From the IMG/VR virus record IMGVR_UViG_3300029940_000031: a stretch of DNA of 64,000 nucleotides; one strand, given 5' to 3'. Below the pieces are notes generated by a model. That model was not told the DNA's origin. It ran no database searches and worked only from the letters and a program-made list of their open reading frames with translations. The position numbers and the translations under genes are program-made. Shown here in pieces: positions 32,728 to 43,773 of the stretch (within the stretch, counting starts at the first letter, position 1; each line of letters starts with the position of its first letter). Source of the DNA: a virus.

Positions 32728-35667
32728 ATGGAATTATTTAAGATGTTTGGATCAATCTTCTTAAAGGACGATCAGCTACAAAGAGGATTGGCTAACGCTG
32801 AAAGAAGTGGACAACGAACAACTGGTATTTTAGGTCGTGGATTCGGACAAGTCGGGCAAGCAGCAGTAGGATTAGGTTCTTCTGTTGGCGGTGCTGCTAT
32901 AGCTATGGGTGGATTAGTCGGTGTTACAGTAGGGGTAGGAGCTGCGATTGCTGGTGTAGTAAAAGTCGGTTCTGAATATACCCAACAGATGTCAAAAGTA
33001 GAAGCTCTCTCTGGTTCTAATGCTTTACAAATGGCTGAACTGGGAGCGAACGCACGTAAATTAGGTGCTGAAACACGTTGGTCAGCTACAAACGTAGCTC
33101 AAGCCTATGAATATATGGCCCTTGCAGGTTGGGACTCCAACCAAATGATTGCAGCTAGTAAACCGCTACTTGACTTAGCGACAGCTGGTGCATTAGACCT
33201 TGCAAAAGCTTCAGATATAGTAACCGATACAATGACTCCATTTGGTATGAAAGCTTCAGAAGCAGGAAGAGCTGCTGACGTATTCGCGCTGGCCCAAGCG
33301 ACTGCCAATTTAAACGTTGAGCAGCTGGGCGAAACCATGAAATACGCTGCTCCAGTAGCGGCTACATTTGGTTTGAATATTGAAGAAACTGCCGCAATTG
33401 CTCAGATATTTGCAAATAACGGTATTAAAGCTTCAATGGCTGGTACGGCATTACGTGCTGGTTTATCTCGGTTAGCAGCACCACCAAAAGAGGCTGCTAA
33501 ATCATTATCTGCATTAAATGTAACTGTTAAAGATTCTGAAGGTAACATGAAACCAATGAATGAAATCATCGGACAGTTACATGACGGATTTGGAAAGTTA
33601 TCTGAATCTCAACAAATTGCCGCTGCAAAAGCAATATTCGGTGAGGAAGCCTATGCAGGGTGGATTCAAGTTATCAAGGGTGGACAACCTGCATTTGATG
33701 ATATGGTAAATACACTAGAAACTTCTGAAGGTTCTGCCAAAGTTATGGCTGAAACAATGGCCAACAACTTATCGGGTGCAGTTGACGGAGTTAAATCTAG
33801 ATTAGAGAATTTGGGACTTGTTGTATTTTCTCATGTTGAACCTGCACTTGTTGCTATGACTAATGGAACAAATAGCGCAGTGAAATCTCTTACTGACTGG
33901 CTTGATCCATCTGGTAAAGCGGTCGAAGCAGCTAAATTAATGCAACAAACTGATCAGCAGTTAGCTCAATCTAAAGCTGTTCTTGATATGAATCTCAAAA
34001 AGGGGAAAATAACGCAAGAAGAGTATAACGAAAAGTTAGCTCTATCTAAGAAGCATGCCGAAGATATGATGAACGCTGATGGTATGTTAGCTCAGAAAAA
34101 AGAAGAGTTAAAAATGAAGGTTGAAGAAGGGAAAATGACTCAGGAAGAAGCTAATAAAATTCTTGATGAGTCTGAGGTTGAATATCAAAAACTTCAACAA
34201 GGTATTGAACAAACACGTCAACGGCAAGAAGCTATGAATAAGGTATTCGAACCACTTCGTAATGCCATTGGTATCATCCAACAAGTAGGCGCTGCGATTG
34301 AGCAGTTCTGGATTGCTGCAACTGGAGATAGAGATGCGCTAGTTGAAGGGTATGACATCCTTACTAAACTAGGTTTTTCATCTAATGCAATTCAGTTTAT
34401 ACAAGAAACTACCGCCGCTGTACAGTATGGTATAGAAACGATGAAAGCTCTCGTATCTGGCGATTGGGGATCTGCTAGTAACTTCTTAGATAAGTTAGGT
34501 TTTTCACCTGAACAAAAAGCAGATATTATTATGTTCGTTCAGGATGTGCACGCTCAATTGAGTAGTTTCATAGAAAATGTACAAGCTTTGATAGCAGCGC
34601 AAGCACCAGTAATTATGGGAATAATCGGCGCTACTTGGGACTTTATTAAAGGTGTATTCAATACAATAGCTCCTTACTTAATGCCTTTACTGACAGATGT
34701 AATGTCGTTTGTAAATGGGATTATATCTCAAATCACTTCGTTTTGGAAAGAAAACGGAAATCAAATTGTACAAGCTGTAAAAAATGCCTTCTCAATCATT
34801 CAATCTATTATAGCTTTTGTAATGCCAGCTGTAATGATGATTGTAAAAAGTGCATGGGACGCTATAAAAGATATTATCCAGGGTGCTGTTAATCTCATTA
34901 TGGGAATTATTAAATTTTTCGCATCTGTTTTAACTGGTGATTTCTCTGGAATGTGGGCAGGGATAAAACAAATCTTCAGCGGTGCAATCCAGTTAATCTG
35001 GGGGCTTATCCAATTTTCGTTTGTTAAACAAATTTTTGGTGCAGTGAAAGGGCTCGCATCTTCTTTTGGCTCTACGATTAGTAGCATGTGGTCTACTGTT
35101 GTTGGATATTTCAAGACATTTATTAAGGAACCAATCGCTTCTGTAGTTCGTATGGCAATTGATATAGGTGAAGCTGCTATGAAAATTAAAGACAAACTGA
35201 TTAATCCTATTAAAGAAGCTTGGAGTGGAATTATGGGCTGGATTGATAAAATTAAAAACGGTGTAGCGAATATGTTTAGTGGCGTTCACATTCCTGTTCC
35301 GAAGATTAGTGTAAATGGATCATTAAACCCGATAAATTGGGCAAGTGAGGGGCTTCCTTCATTTAGTGTCAAATGGGCAGCAAACGGCGCTTTAATCAAG
35401 CCTGGTAATCCTACATTGATTGGTGTCGGCGACGCGAGAGGATATGACGAAACTGTTTTGCCTCTCCGTAAACAAACATTCGATGCGATTGCCAATGGAA
35501 TAATGGGATCGCTACCATTAGTACAACAAGCTGGGGCACAACAATACGCATCACAAAGCCCAACTGTTTTGCAAATCAATCTAAACGGACGAGAAATAGC
35601 GAAGGAAATTTACTCAGATGTTAATGAATTTCAAGAACAAGAAAAAGAAAGACGTAAAGTATTTTAG
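32728..35667 (+). CDS. Tail tape measure protein
   Basis: 979 aa, Gly/Ala-rich N-terminal TM-like region, long helical repeats, position. Confidence 0.9.
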   Translation: MELFKMFGSIFLKDDQLQRGLANAERSGQRTTGILGRGFGQVGQAAVGLGSSVGGAAIAMGGLVGVTVGVGAAIAGVVKVGSEYTQQMSKVEALSGSNALQMAELGANARKLGAETRWSATNVAQAYEYMALAGWDSNQMIAASKPLLDLATAGALDLAKASDIVTDTMTPFGMKASEAGRAADVFALAQATANLNVEQLGETMKYAAPVAATFGLNIEETAAIAQIFANNGIKASMAGTALRAGLSRLAAPPKEAAKSLSALNVTVKDSEGNMKPMNEIIGQLHDGFGKLSESQQIAAAKAIFGEEAYAGWIQVIKGGQPAFDDMVNTLETSEGSAKVMAETMANNLSGAVDGVKSRLENLGLVVFSHVEPALVAMTNGTNSAVKSLTDWLDPSGKAVEAAKLMQQTDQQLAQSKAVLDMNLKKGKITQEEYNEKLALSKKHAEDMMNADGMLAQKKEELKMKVEEGKMTQEEANKILDESEVEYQKLQQGIEQTRQRQEAMNKVFEPLRNAIGIIQQVGAAIEQFWIAATGDRDALVEGYDILTKLGFSSNAIQFIQETTAAVQYGIETMKALVSGDWGSASNFLDKLGFSPEQKADIIMFVQDVHAQLSSFIENVQALIAAQAPVIMGIIGATWDFIKGVFNTIAPYLMPLLTDVMSFVNGIISQITSFWKENGNQIVQAVKNAFSIIQSIIAFVMPAVMMIVKSAWDAIKDIIQGAVNLIMGIIKFFASVLTGDFSGMWAGIKQIFSGAIQLIWGLIQFSFVKQIFGAVKGLASSFGSTISSMWSTVVGYFKTFIKEPIASVVRMAIDIGEAAMKIKDKLINPIKEAWSGIMGWIDKIKNGVANMFSGVHIPVPKISVNGSLNPINWASEGLPSFSVKWAANGALIKPGNPTLIGVGDARGYDETVLPLRKQTFDAIANGIMGSLPLVQQAGAQQYASQSPTVLQINLNGREIAKEIYSDVNEFQEQEKERRKVF

Positions 35668-35679
35668 GCAGGTGATGGT

Positions 35680-37152
35680 ATGACGGGAATTAGTTTCTTT
35701 AGTTTTAATGGGGAGAGGAATCCGAATGTAATACCATTGCAGGGTAAAAAACGCCCTGCATGGGCTCCTTTGGAACGTACATTTCTTGAAGTTCCCCACT
35801 ATCCAGGTGGGCGTTTGATAAGAACACAAACAAAAATGAGGAAAATAATTGTACCAGTTTCATTATTTTATGAATCTATGGAAGAAGCCGAAAAGTTAAA
35901 GGAAGAAATAGCTAATTGGCTTATTACAGACCAACCTCAAGAACTGATCTTTGATGATGAAAAAGATCGTACGTATTTGGCCGTTATTGATGAATCTTTT
36001 GACCCACAGCAATTAGTGAATTTAGGAGAAGGAGTACTTACTTTTATTTGTGAAATGCCATATAAATTAGGTCCTACAAGAATCGTAGAATTTCAAGCTA
36101 ATGAGCGTGGGCTAGTGGCGAATATTCAAAACAAAGGAAGTCTTGAATCTAACCCAATTATTAAAATTGAGGTAACGAAACCCTCAACTTTTCTTGATGT
36201 ATGGAATGGAGATAATTACTTTCGTATTGGATGGCCGCTTAGAATGGATCAGGTACCTGTTGAGAGAAATCAGCGTGTTATGTGGGATGAAATGTCTACC
36301 ACTATAGGATGGACGGATGTTCCGAATGCAGAAGATATGGTAGGGGGAGGAGCTTTCAAAGTGGATGCAGGCTCACGCCTAGTTCCGGTTTATTTAGGTG
36401 AAACAAACATAAAAGGATGGCATGGTTGCATAGCCAAAAAGAACATTCCGCAAGGGCCACTGCAAGACTTTATTATGCAGGCGTATGTTGGGGTAAGAAG
36501 CTCGCATCCAGATCAAATGGGACGCGTTGAAATAGGTTTATTGGATGAAAACAGCGACTATGTAGCGCGTATTTCTATGAATGATGTCCATTGGCAAGCT
36601 GAACAAAATACAGGGTTCGCTAAGCTTGGCAACAAAAAGAAACCAGCTGGTGAGCAAGTACTTATAAATGAACCAGGGGACCATCCTACTACATGGAATC
36701 AATATCGTGGTCGCTTGTGGTTAGCACGTACCGGTAATAGGTGGGAAGCGTATATTTCTAAGTTTTTATGGAATACCGAAAAGGATGACTCGGAACGCTT
36801 TGTTGTGTGGGAAGATGAAAACAATGTGAATATGGACAAAGTGGCACAAGTTCAAATTAGCATCAGTCAATTTTCGGATAACATGTTCTGTACAGACATG
36901 AGCATTGATGATTTGAAAATCTGGAAGGTCAATATGAATACACAAGATAATCCACCTTACATTTTTGATGTTGGAGATAAGGTAGTTATTGACACCGAGC
37001 GAAGCCTTGTATCGATTAATGGTAAAAAAGTTATAAATTTAAAAGATATATTCAGTGATTATCCAGTTGTTAGCAAAGGATCAAACAAGCTTGAAATTAT
37101 GCCTTCCGATGTGGGAATAGCCAAAGTAACATATAGGGAGAGATATCGATGA
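35680..37152 (+). CDS. Distal tail protein (Dit, siphovirus tail component)
   Basis: 490 aa immediately after the tape measure; ATGA overlap with the next gene. Confidence 0.7.
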   Translation: MTGISFFSFNGERNPNVIPLQGKKRPAWAPLERTFLEVPHYPGGRLIRTQTKMRKIIVPVSLFYESMEEAEKLKEEIANWLITDQPQELIFDDEKDRTYLAVIDESFDPQQLVNLGEGVLTFICEMPYKLGPTRIVEFQANERGLVANIQNKGSLESNPIIKIEVTKPSTFLDVWNGDNYFRIGWPLRMDQVPVERNQRVMWDEMSTTIGWTDVPNAEDMVGGGAFKVDAGSRLVPVYLGETNIKGWHGCIAKKNIPQGPLQDFIMQAYVGVRSSHPDQMGRVEIGLLDENSDYVARISMNDVHWQAEQNTGFAKLGNKKKPAGEQVLINEPGDHPTTWNQYRGRLWLARTGNRWEAYISKFLWNTEKDDSERFVVWEDENNVNMDKVAQVQISISQFSDNMFCTDMSIDDLKIWKVNMNTQDNPPYIFDVGDKVVIDTERSLVSINGKKVINLKDIFSDYPVVSKGSNKLEIMPSDVGIAKVTYRERYR

Positions 37153-40100
37153 GAGCACCTAGCGGCACACTTCATGTCATTGATTTTAAAACGGACCAAA
37201 TTGTTGCTAATATCCAGCCACAAAATTATTGGGATGATATACGTCATTGGGAGATTAAGAACAATATCGATACTTTAGAGTTTAAAGTGTTTGATAATAC
37301 AGAGCATGCAGTGACACTTATGCAGCAAAATTTAGTATTAAAAGAAGTACGTGATGGACGGATTGTTCCTTATGTTATAAATAATGAAGTTGAAAAGGAT
37401 TCAAGAGATAGATCACTTACTGTACGTACTTCGGGTGCATGGGTTCAGATAGCAAAAGACGGTTATATCATGCCGCAACGTATAGAAGGTAAAACAGTAA
37501 ATCAATTCATGGATATGGCTCTTGTAGGTACGAAGTGGAAACGCGGAAAAACTGAGTATGCAGGTTTCCATACAATGACCATCGATACCATTATAGATCC
37601 TCTTACCTTTTTAAAGAAGATAGCTGCTTTATTCGATTTAGAGGTTCAATACCGTGTGGAAGTAGTCGGTTCACAGATTGTAGGTTGGTACGTGGATATG
37701 GTGAAAAAACGTGGTAGAGACACTGGTAAGGAAGTCACTTTAGGTAAAGATTTAGTCGGTGTTAGACGTATTGAGCACTCTCGGGATGTCTGTACTGCCT
37801 TAGTCGGATTCGTCCAGGGCGAAGGGGATACCATTATTACAGTTGAAAGCATTAATGATGGTTTACCTTATATTACTGATAGCGATGCCTATCAACGCTG
37901 GAATGAGAACGGTAAACATAAATTTGGTTTCTATTCTCCGGAGACAGAAGAACAAAATATGACACCAAAGCGTCTCCTTACTCTTATGAAAACAGAGTTC
38001 GCAAAACGCGTTAATACTTCTGTTGTTTACGATGTAGAAGCAGCGGCTATAGGGCGTGTATTCGGATTATCTCACGAGCTAATTAATGAAGGCGATACAA
38101 TTCGAATTAAAGATACTGGATTTACACCGAAACTTTATTTAGAAGCACGGGTAATCGGTGGTGATGAATCATTTACAGACCCTTCACAAGATAAATATGT
38201 ATTTGGTGATTATCGCGAAATTACCGATCCGAATGAAGAAATGCGGAAATTATACAATAGGCTTCTTGGGCAATTAACTGGTAAGGCAAACAAAGAATTG
38301 TTGGATCAGCTAGAAAAATTGGTAGAAGAGAACGGAAAAACAATTGAAACCATACGAGAAGAGTCTAAAGCCGTTAAAGAGTTAGCACAAAAAGTTCAAG
38401 AAAATTTGAAGAATAATACCGTTAATATCATTGAATCTAAGCAGCCACCCACAGAGAATCTTCAAATTGGTAAAACGATATGGCGAGATATTAGTACCGG
38501 TAAGCCTGGTTTTTTAAAAGTGTGGAACGGTAAGGATTGGGAACTTCTTATTCCTGATGTAGAGTCAGTAAAGGAAGAAACACTGAAACAAGTTAATAAA
38601 GATATTCAGCTTACAAAAGAAGAATTAAACAAAAAAGTAGAAGAAGCGCAAAGTGAAACCAATGGACAATTTAAGGAAGTTAAAAACAGTCTCCAAGGAG
38701 TTTCACAAACTATTAAAAATGTACAAAACTCTCAAGGTGAAATTAATAAAACTGTTTCTGAAATGAAACAAACTAACGAGGGTTTTACTAAATCTATTGA
38801 ATCGTTAACAAAAAAAGATGGTGAAATCGCTGAAAAATTAAATAAAGTGGTAGAGACTGCTGAAGTTACGAAAAAGACCATCTCTGAGGTGCAGCAAACA
38901 ACTAATAATCTAAAGAAAACCACAACTGAAATTACAGAAAAAGCTGGCCAGGTTAGTGAGAAGTTGGAGAGCGTAGAAAAGAAAGTTAATAATGATAAAG
39001 CTGGAGGACGTAATCTTTTATTAGATTCAAATGTTAAATACGAAAAAACAGATTATCTAATCAATCCATATTCTTTAACTGAAAATTTTGTTGCAGGCGA
39101 GGAATACACTTTTGTAATTAAAGGAAGTGTCCCGCAAGGCCAACAATTTGGAATTTGGCAGAATGGTGGTTCAAATAATGTTGGATATGCAACAAGTGCC
39201 TATGCTAACGGAATAACTTATGTAACTTTCAAAGCTGTTGCAACTACAAGTGGGAATGAACGGAGATTAAACTTATATAATTATCCAAATAATGCTACAA
39301 AGGCAATTGTAGAATGGGTTGCTTTATATAAAGGGAATAAGCCGCAGGATTGGACACCAGCTCCAGAAAATCAAGTAACGAATGATGAATTCACTAAAAA
39401 AACAACCGAGATTGAAAAAAGTGTGAATGGTATTAAAGAAAGTATTAAAACGGTAGAAAAAACACAAGTCGATTTTAGCGAGCGTGTGACTACTGTAGAG
39501 AAAACAGCAGACGGTATTAAAGAAAAAGTTACTAGTTTACAAGAGATACAAACTAAACAAGGTACGCAGTTACAGGAGGCTAAAGCAGGTTGGGAAACTA
39601 CTGCAAAAGCTTTGGAAGGAAAAGTTGAAATAAAAGATGTTGAAGATTATGTTGGTGGGATCGGTAATCAAACTGTATTACGGAATGTTCTTTGGAAGAA
39701 TGACACAAAATATTGGGTTCTTCAATCAGGTGCAACAAGAGATACACAAGTCACTTATAAGGGATGCAATTCACTTAGTGTTATTACTGCAGGTAATGCG
39801 AGCAATTTGTATAAAGGTGCATCGCACGAGTATATAAATGCGGGGCCTGGATGGAATTATGTTTTCTCTGCTTACTTTTATACAGATAACAAAGCTAGTA
39901 TAGATGCCGGAGCTGCTATCGAGCTCCAATGTTACGATGTAAACAATAAAATGATTAAAAGTTACTTGCAAGAAATAACTATTTCACAAGGAACATGGAT
40001 TCGTACACATGTGGCAGGGCTATTAATCGAAGGCACAAAAAAAGTTAAAGTGCTGTTTTGGGTTCGTAAAAATGGTCGTCTATGGATGGCACAACCCATG

Positions 40101-41465
40101 CTACAAATTGGTGATAAACCTTCTTCGTTTATGGAGAACCCTGTTGATATTGTAGATAAAGATAAAATCATGGAAGAATTGGCCGATAAGATAGCAACTA
40201 AAGATTACGATAGAAAAGTAACCGAATTAGAAAGAGGTATTAGCGCTACTGCAGAAGGCGTCGAAATAACATCGAAGAAACAAGAAAAGTTTATTAATGA
40301 GACTTACGCCGTTTATGTAAAAGAAACGGGTTCTAAACTTAAAGTTCTTGATGAAGGAATCCTTGCAGAAGTTAAAAAAGGTAATATCATCGCAGCTATT
40401 AACTTTTCATCGGAAAAATTAGAAATTGATGTTTCAAAGGTAGCCATTAATGCCGATACAATGGTGAAATGGTTAACCGCAAAGGGTATTGATACAAATA
40501 TCATCAAAGTTAATGGCGATAAAATTACCATCGATAAAAACGGCGTTACTATTAAAATGTTAGACTTCCTTTTTGAAGATGAATGGGGAACGAAAACAAC
40601 TGTTATGCCAAAACGAAATTTAATAGCCGATCATGATTTTTCTAGTGTTCCAAAATTGAACATAGGTAACCCAAATTATCAGGGGTTTGGTGCTGGATAT
40701 GGTCTACCTTGGAAAGTACAAGGAAACGGTGTAGTGATAGAAAATAACACTTTTATATTTAACTATGAACAAATGGTAAATGCAGTCCGTGTCGACACGT
40801 ATAATTATCCAGAAACAAAGGTTCAAAACGGGATTCATCCAGGAAACTCTTATACATTGTCAGCACATTATAGAACCGCACAGATTAACGGTGTGCGTAC
40901 AACTGCAAAACCACGATTGCAGGTATGTTTTGTTACGCCATTGGATGAAGTGAGTTATAAAATTTGGCATGAAATATATAAAGATTTTCCAGAGCCATCT
41001 ACATTTTATGGTGAAATTAGAAGGTATAATTTCACATTTACCGTTCCTAACAATTACAATCCACAAGAACATATGATTGTAGTTAAAGTTACAGCTGCAA
41101 ATGCGCAAGTTTCTGCGGGGAGGGCTGTTTGTGTTTCAGGGATAACATTGGTTAGTGGTAACTATGCTTGCATGTATAACTGGGATCGTGCGGCAGCAGA
41201 AAGGGCCGATGGTCTTCAACCGTTTAATAGAATTGCTATAGGCAGCGTAAATAACAACATAGGTCCAGCTGCTCATGGGCAGACCTTTGATATAAGTACA
41301 GAAAAGGATGTATTCATAAATCAACCTATTCTAACGCAGGGAATAAATTTAGGGCGTAATAAAATGGGCCAAGCTGGGTCCATTCGTTTCTTTGATGGCG
41401 GTCAAGGCTATGGGTTTTATTTTATGGGAATGGGAGGACAATGGTACAAGCTACCTAACGTTTAG
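37149..41465 (+). CDS. Tail-associated protein (Tal-like N-terminus) fused to coiled-coil stalk and C-terminal receptor-binding region
   Basis: 1438 aa; N-terminal prophage-tail-like region; Lys/Glu-rich coiled coil about aa 370-620 and 750-810; beta-rich C-terminal modules. Confidence 0.8.
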   Translation: MRAPSGTLHVIDFKTDQIVANIQPQNYWDDIRHWEIKNNIDTLEFKVFDNTEHAVTLMQQNLVLKEVRDGRIVPYVINNEVEKDSRDRSLTVRTSGAWVQIAKDGYIMPQRIEGKTVNQFMDMALVGTKWKRGKTEYAGFHTMTIDTIIDPLTFLKKIAALFDLEVQYRVEVVGSQIVGWYVDMVKKRGRDTGKEVTLGKDLVGVRRIEHSRDVCTALVGFVQGEGDTIITVESINDGLPYITDSDAYQRWNENGKHKFGFYSPETEEQNMTPKRLLTLMKTEFAKRVNTSVVYDVEAAAIGRVFGLSHELINEGDTIRIKDTGFTPKLYLEARVIGGDESFTDPSQDKYVFGDYREITDPNEEMRKLYNRLLGQLTGKANKELLDQLEKLVEENGKTIETIREESKAVKELAQKVQENLKNNTVNIIESKQPPTENLQIGKTIWRDISTGKPGFLKVWNGKDWELLIPDVESVKEETLKQVNKDIQLTKEELNKKVEEAQSETNGQFKEVKNSLQGVSQTIKNVQNSQGEINKTVSEMKQTNEGFTKSIESLTKKDGEIAEKLNKVVETAEVTKKTISEVQQTTNNLKKTTTEITEKAGQVSEKLESVEKKVNNDKAGGRNLLLDSNVKYEKTDYLINPYSLTENFVAGEEYTFVIKGSVPQGQQFGIWQNGGSNNVGYATSAYANGITYVTFKAVATTSGNERRLNLYNYPNNATKAIVEWVALYKGNKPQDWTPAPENQVTNDEFTKKTTEIEKSVNGIKESIKTVEKTQVDFSERVTTVEKTADGIKEKVTSLQEIQTKQGTQLQEAKAGWETTAKALEGKVEIKDVEDYVGGIGNQTVLRNVLWKNDTKYWVLQSGATRDTQVTYKGCNSLSVITAGNASNLYKGASHEYINAGPGWNYVFSAYFYTDNKASIDAGAAIELQCYDVNNKMIKSYLQEITISQGTWIRTHVAGLLIEGTKKVKVLFWVRKNGRLWMAQPMLQIGDKPSSFMENPVDIVDKDKIMEELADKIATKDYDRKVTELERGISATAEGVEITSKKQEKFINETYAVYVKETGSKLKVLDEGILAEVKKGNIIAAINFSSEKLEIDVSKVAINADTMVKWLTAKGIDTNIIKVNGDKITIDKNGVTIKMLDFLFEDEWGTKTTVMPKRNLIADHDFSSVPKLNIGNPNYQGFGAGYGLPWKVQGNGVVIENNTFIFNYEQMVNAVRVDTYNYPETKVQNGIHPGNSYTLSAHYRTAQINGVRTTAKPRLQVCFVTPLDEVSYKIWHEIYKDFPEPSTFYGEIRRYNFTFTVPNNYNPQEHMIVVKVTAANAQVSAGRAVCVSGITLVSGNYACMYNWDRAAAERADGLQPFNRIAIGSVNNNIGPAAHGQTFDISTEKDVFINQPILTQGINLGRNKMGQAGSIRFFDGGQGYGFYFMGMGGQWYKLPNV

Positions 41466-41476
41466 GAGGAAAATAT

Positions 41477-41845
41477 ATGAATGATTACAAAGATTTACAA
41501 GGTTACCCCTTACAAGCAGGGCAAGGTGCTCCGTTTGCTGGTAGGTTAGTAGATTCAGAAAGAAACGAAAACGGAGTATTTGTGCGAATTCCTTTTGATA
41601 TGCTAAACAATGCCGGTTTATATGGTGCGAATAAAGTAGAGGTGTGGGGAGAAACAGATGGAACGATATATTTCCGTATTGCAACAAGATGCGAAATATG
41701 TAAACGTGGCGCGCGTTTGTATGAATTAGAAACGGGTTTTGGGAAAAAGAGACTTTGTTCTGATGATTATTTTTCATTTACTGGTCAACGCCCTCCGCAA
41801 GAGACACAAAAAACTGAAAATAAAACGCGAATAGAGCAGCCATAA
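41477..41845 (+). CDS. Hypothetical protein with AbrB/SpoVT-like segment and CxxC...C motif
   Basis: VFVRIPFDMLNNAGLYGANKVEVWGETDGTIYFRI resembles a swapped-hairpin AbrB-type fold; CEICKRG...RLCSDDY. Confidence 0.5.
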   Translation: MNDYKDLQGYPLQAGQGAPFAGRLVDSERNENGVFVRIPFDMLNNAGLYGANKVEVWGETDGTIYFRIATRCEICKRGARLYELETGFGKKRLCSDDYFSFTGQRPPQETQKTENKTRIEQP

Positions 41846-41884
41846 GCTGGTCTTTATTTATTATCTAAAAAAGGAGAGGAAAAG

Positions 41885-42310
41885 ATGGATCGTATTGATG
41901 TATTATTAAAAACCTTTATTGCCACTTTTGGTGGCTTCTGTGGGTATTTCTTGGGAGGATGGGATGCAACATTGAAAGTTCTAGTAATCATGGCAGCTAT
42001 CGACTATATCACAGGAGTAGTTGCAGCAGGATATAACGGAGAATTAAAAAGTAAAGTTGGTTTCAAAGGCATCGCCAAAAAGGTGGTGCTTTTTCTTTTG
42101 GTCGGAGCGGCTGCACAACTAGATTCAGCACTTGGAAGTAACAGTGCAATTCGTGAAGCGACTATCTTCTTCTTCATGGGTAATGAGCTACTTTCACTTT
42201 TAGAAAATGCTGGTCGAATGGGTATTCCGTTGCCACAAGCTTTAACAAATGCAGTTGAAATTTTAGGTGGTAAACAAAAACAAGAAGAGAAAAAGGGAGA
42301 TGTTCAATAA
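41885..42310 (+). CDS. Holin (phage_holin_4-type)
   Basis: AAIDYITGVVAAGYNGELKSKVGFKGIAKKVVLFLLV; 3-4 TM helices; directly before the endolysin. Confidence 0.85.
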   Translation: MDRIDVLLKTFIATFGGFCGYFLGGWDATLKVLVIMAAIDYITGVVAAGYNGELKSKVGFKGIAKKVVLFLLVGAAAQLDSALGSNSAIREATIFFFMGNELLSLLENAGRMGIPLPQALTNAVEILGGKQKQEEKKGDVQ

Positions 42311-43245
42311 TGGAAATCAGAAAAAAATTAGTTGACCCAAGTAAATATGGTACAAAGTGTCCGTATACAATGAACCCTGAATTAATCACGGTCCACAATA
42401 CTTACAACGATGCTACAGCAGAAAACGAAGTGGCTTATATGATTCGTAACGATAATCAGGTTTCGTTTCATATCGCGGTAGATGATAAGGAAGCTGTACA
42501 AGGAATTCCTTTAGAGCGTAACGCGTGGCATTGTGGCGATGGTGGCGGAAATGGTAATAGAAAGTCTATCGGGGTTGAGATTTGCTACTCTTTAAACGGT
42601 GGAGATCGATATTATAAAGCTGAAGATAATGCAGCCATCATTGTAGCTCAACTGATGAAACAGTACAATATTCCGATTAGCAAAGTTCGTACACACCAAT
42701 CGTGGAGTGGGAAATATTGTCCGCATCGAATGTTAGCAGAAGGACGTTGGGATAACTTTATCGAAAGAGTCCGAAACGCATATTACGGTGGTGAAAATAA
42801 CGTATCCCCAACCCCTACACCGCCTTCAAATAGTGAGACAGGCATTGCATATATTGAAGGGAATAATGTTAATCTTCGTAAAGGTCCAGGTACAGGATAT
42901 GGAGTTATTCGCCAATTAGGTAAAGGTGAGTCCTACCAAGTATGGGGCGATTCAAATGGGTGGCTAAACTTAGGCGGCGATCAGTGGGTATATAATGATT
43001 CATCATATATTCGTTATACAGGAGGGGATACACCGGAATCTTCTAAACCTACAAATGATGGCATTGGTGTAGTGACCATTACAGCTGATGTATTACGTGT
43101 TCGTACTGGTCCGAGAACTAACTATGGCGTCGTGAAGAATGTGTATCAAGGTGAAAAATATCAAACGTGGGGATATAGAGACGGTTGGTATAATGTTGGT
43201 GGCGACCAATGGGTTTCTGGTGAATATGTAAAGTTTGAAAAGTAA
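42310..43245 (+). CDS. Endolysin: N-acetylmuramoyl-L-alanine amidase (Amidase_2/PGRP type) with two SH3b-like repeats
   Basis: ITVHNTYNDA...FHIAVDD...NRKSIGVEICY...HQSWSGKYCPHRML; duplicated C-terminal GW(L/Y)N(L/V)GGDQWV repeats. Confidence 0.9.
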   Translation: MEIRKKLVDPSKYGTKCPYTMNPELITVHNTYNDATAENEVAYMIRNDNQVSFHIAVDDKEAVQGIPLERNAWHCGDGGGNGNRKSIGVEICYSLNGGDRYYKAEDNAAIIVAQLMKQYNIPISKVRTHQSWSGKYCPHRMLAEGRWDNFIERVRNAYYGGENNVSPTPTPPSNSETGIAYIEGNNVNLRKGPGTGYGVIRQLGKGESYQVWGDSNGWLNLGGDQWVYNDSSYIRYTGGDTPESSKPTNDGIGVVTITADVLRVRTGPRTNYGVVKNVYQGEKYQTWGYRDGWYNVGGDQWVSGEYVKFEK

Positions 43246-43318
43246 AATATATTACTATGCAAAAGAATAGTTTGGTAAAAAACAAAGGCTGTCCTTAATG
43301 GGGAGTCTTTTTTGTCAA

Positions 43319-43402
43319 TGGATCACCACAATATAAAGTTCACAATAGCAAAGGGAAAACATACTATATTACTGCAAATGAAGCCTATGTGTATGTGAAG
43401 TG
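43319..43402 (+). pseudogene. Orphan 3' remnant of a cell-wall-binding (SH3b-like) domain gene
   Basis: Encodes GSPQYKVHNSKGKTYYITANEAYVYVK* with no upstream ORF. Confidence 0.4.
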
Positions 43403-43412
43403 AGAAGAAAAA

Positions 43413-43440
43413 GACCGCCCTTTTTTTGGGAAGGGCGGTC
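43413..43440 (-). terminator. Terminator of the LXG/immunity operon
   Basis: GACCGCCC-loop-GGGCGGTC, T-run on the minus strand. Confidence 0.7.
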
Positions 43441-43445
43441 TAATA

Positions 43446-43748
43446 TTATTTACTTTCGTTTAATATACTTTGAAGTGATTGTTCTACCTTATGCATTTCA
43501 CCTAATACAGGGTTGTCATAGTCACTTGAACAATCAAGATATGCTCTTACTCCACCAAAAATTTTGAAATCCACTCTAGATAGTGAAGTATGTTCTTTAG
43601 TTTCTAAAATGGTTACAGCTGATTTATAGCGTTTAATTATATCATCAATCATTCTTTTGCCTTTTACTTGATTTTCTTTTTCAAGAGTTTGAATGATGTT
43701 ATTCATTTGTTTTTTTAATTCAGTAATATTTTGGTCCTGTGTAAGCAT
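43446..43748 (-). CDS. Candidate immunity protein for the upstream LXG toxin
   Basis: 100 aa, 25 nt downstream of the toxin gene on the same strand; assignment by position only. Confidence 0.5.
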   Translation of the reverse strand: MLTQDQNITELKKQMNNIIQTLEKENQVKGKRMIDDIIKRYKSAVTILETKEHTSLSRVDFKIFGGVRAYLDCSSDYDNPVLGEMHKVEQSLQSILNESK

Positions 43749-43773
43749 TTAAATACCTCCATTTTCATTTCAA

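Noticed and set aside
33105-41324. About 15 minus-strand or alternate-frame ORFs inside the tape measure, Dit and Tal genes (e.g. 34800-35195, 34993-35289, 35286-35579, 37646-37852, 40860-41108)
   Set aside because: All are embedded in very long, uninterrupted structural genes. None has an RBS or a motif.
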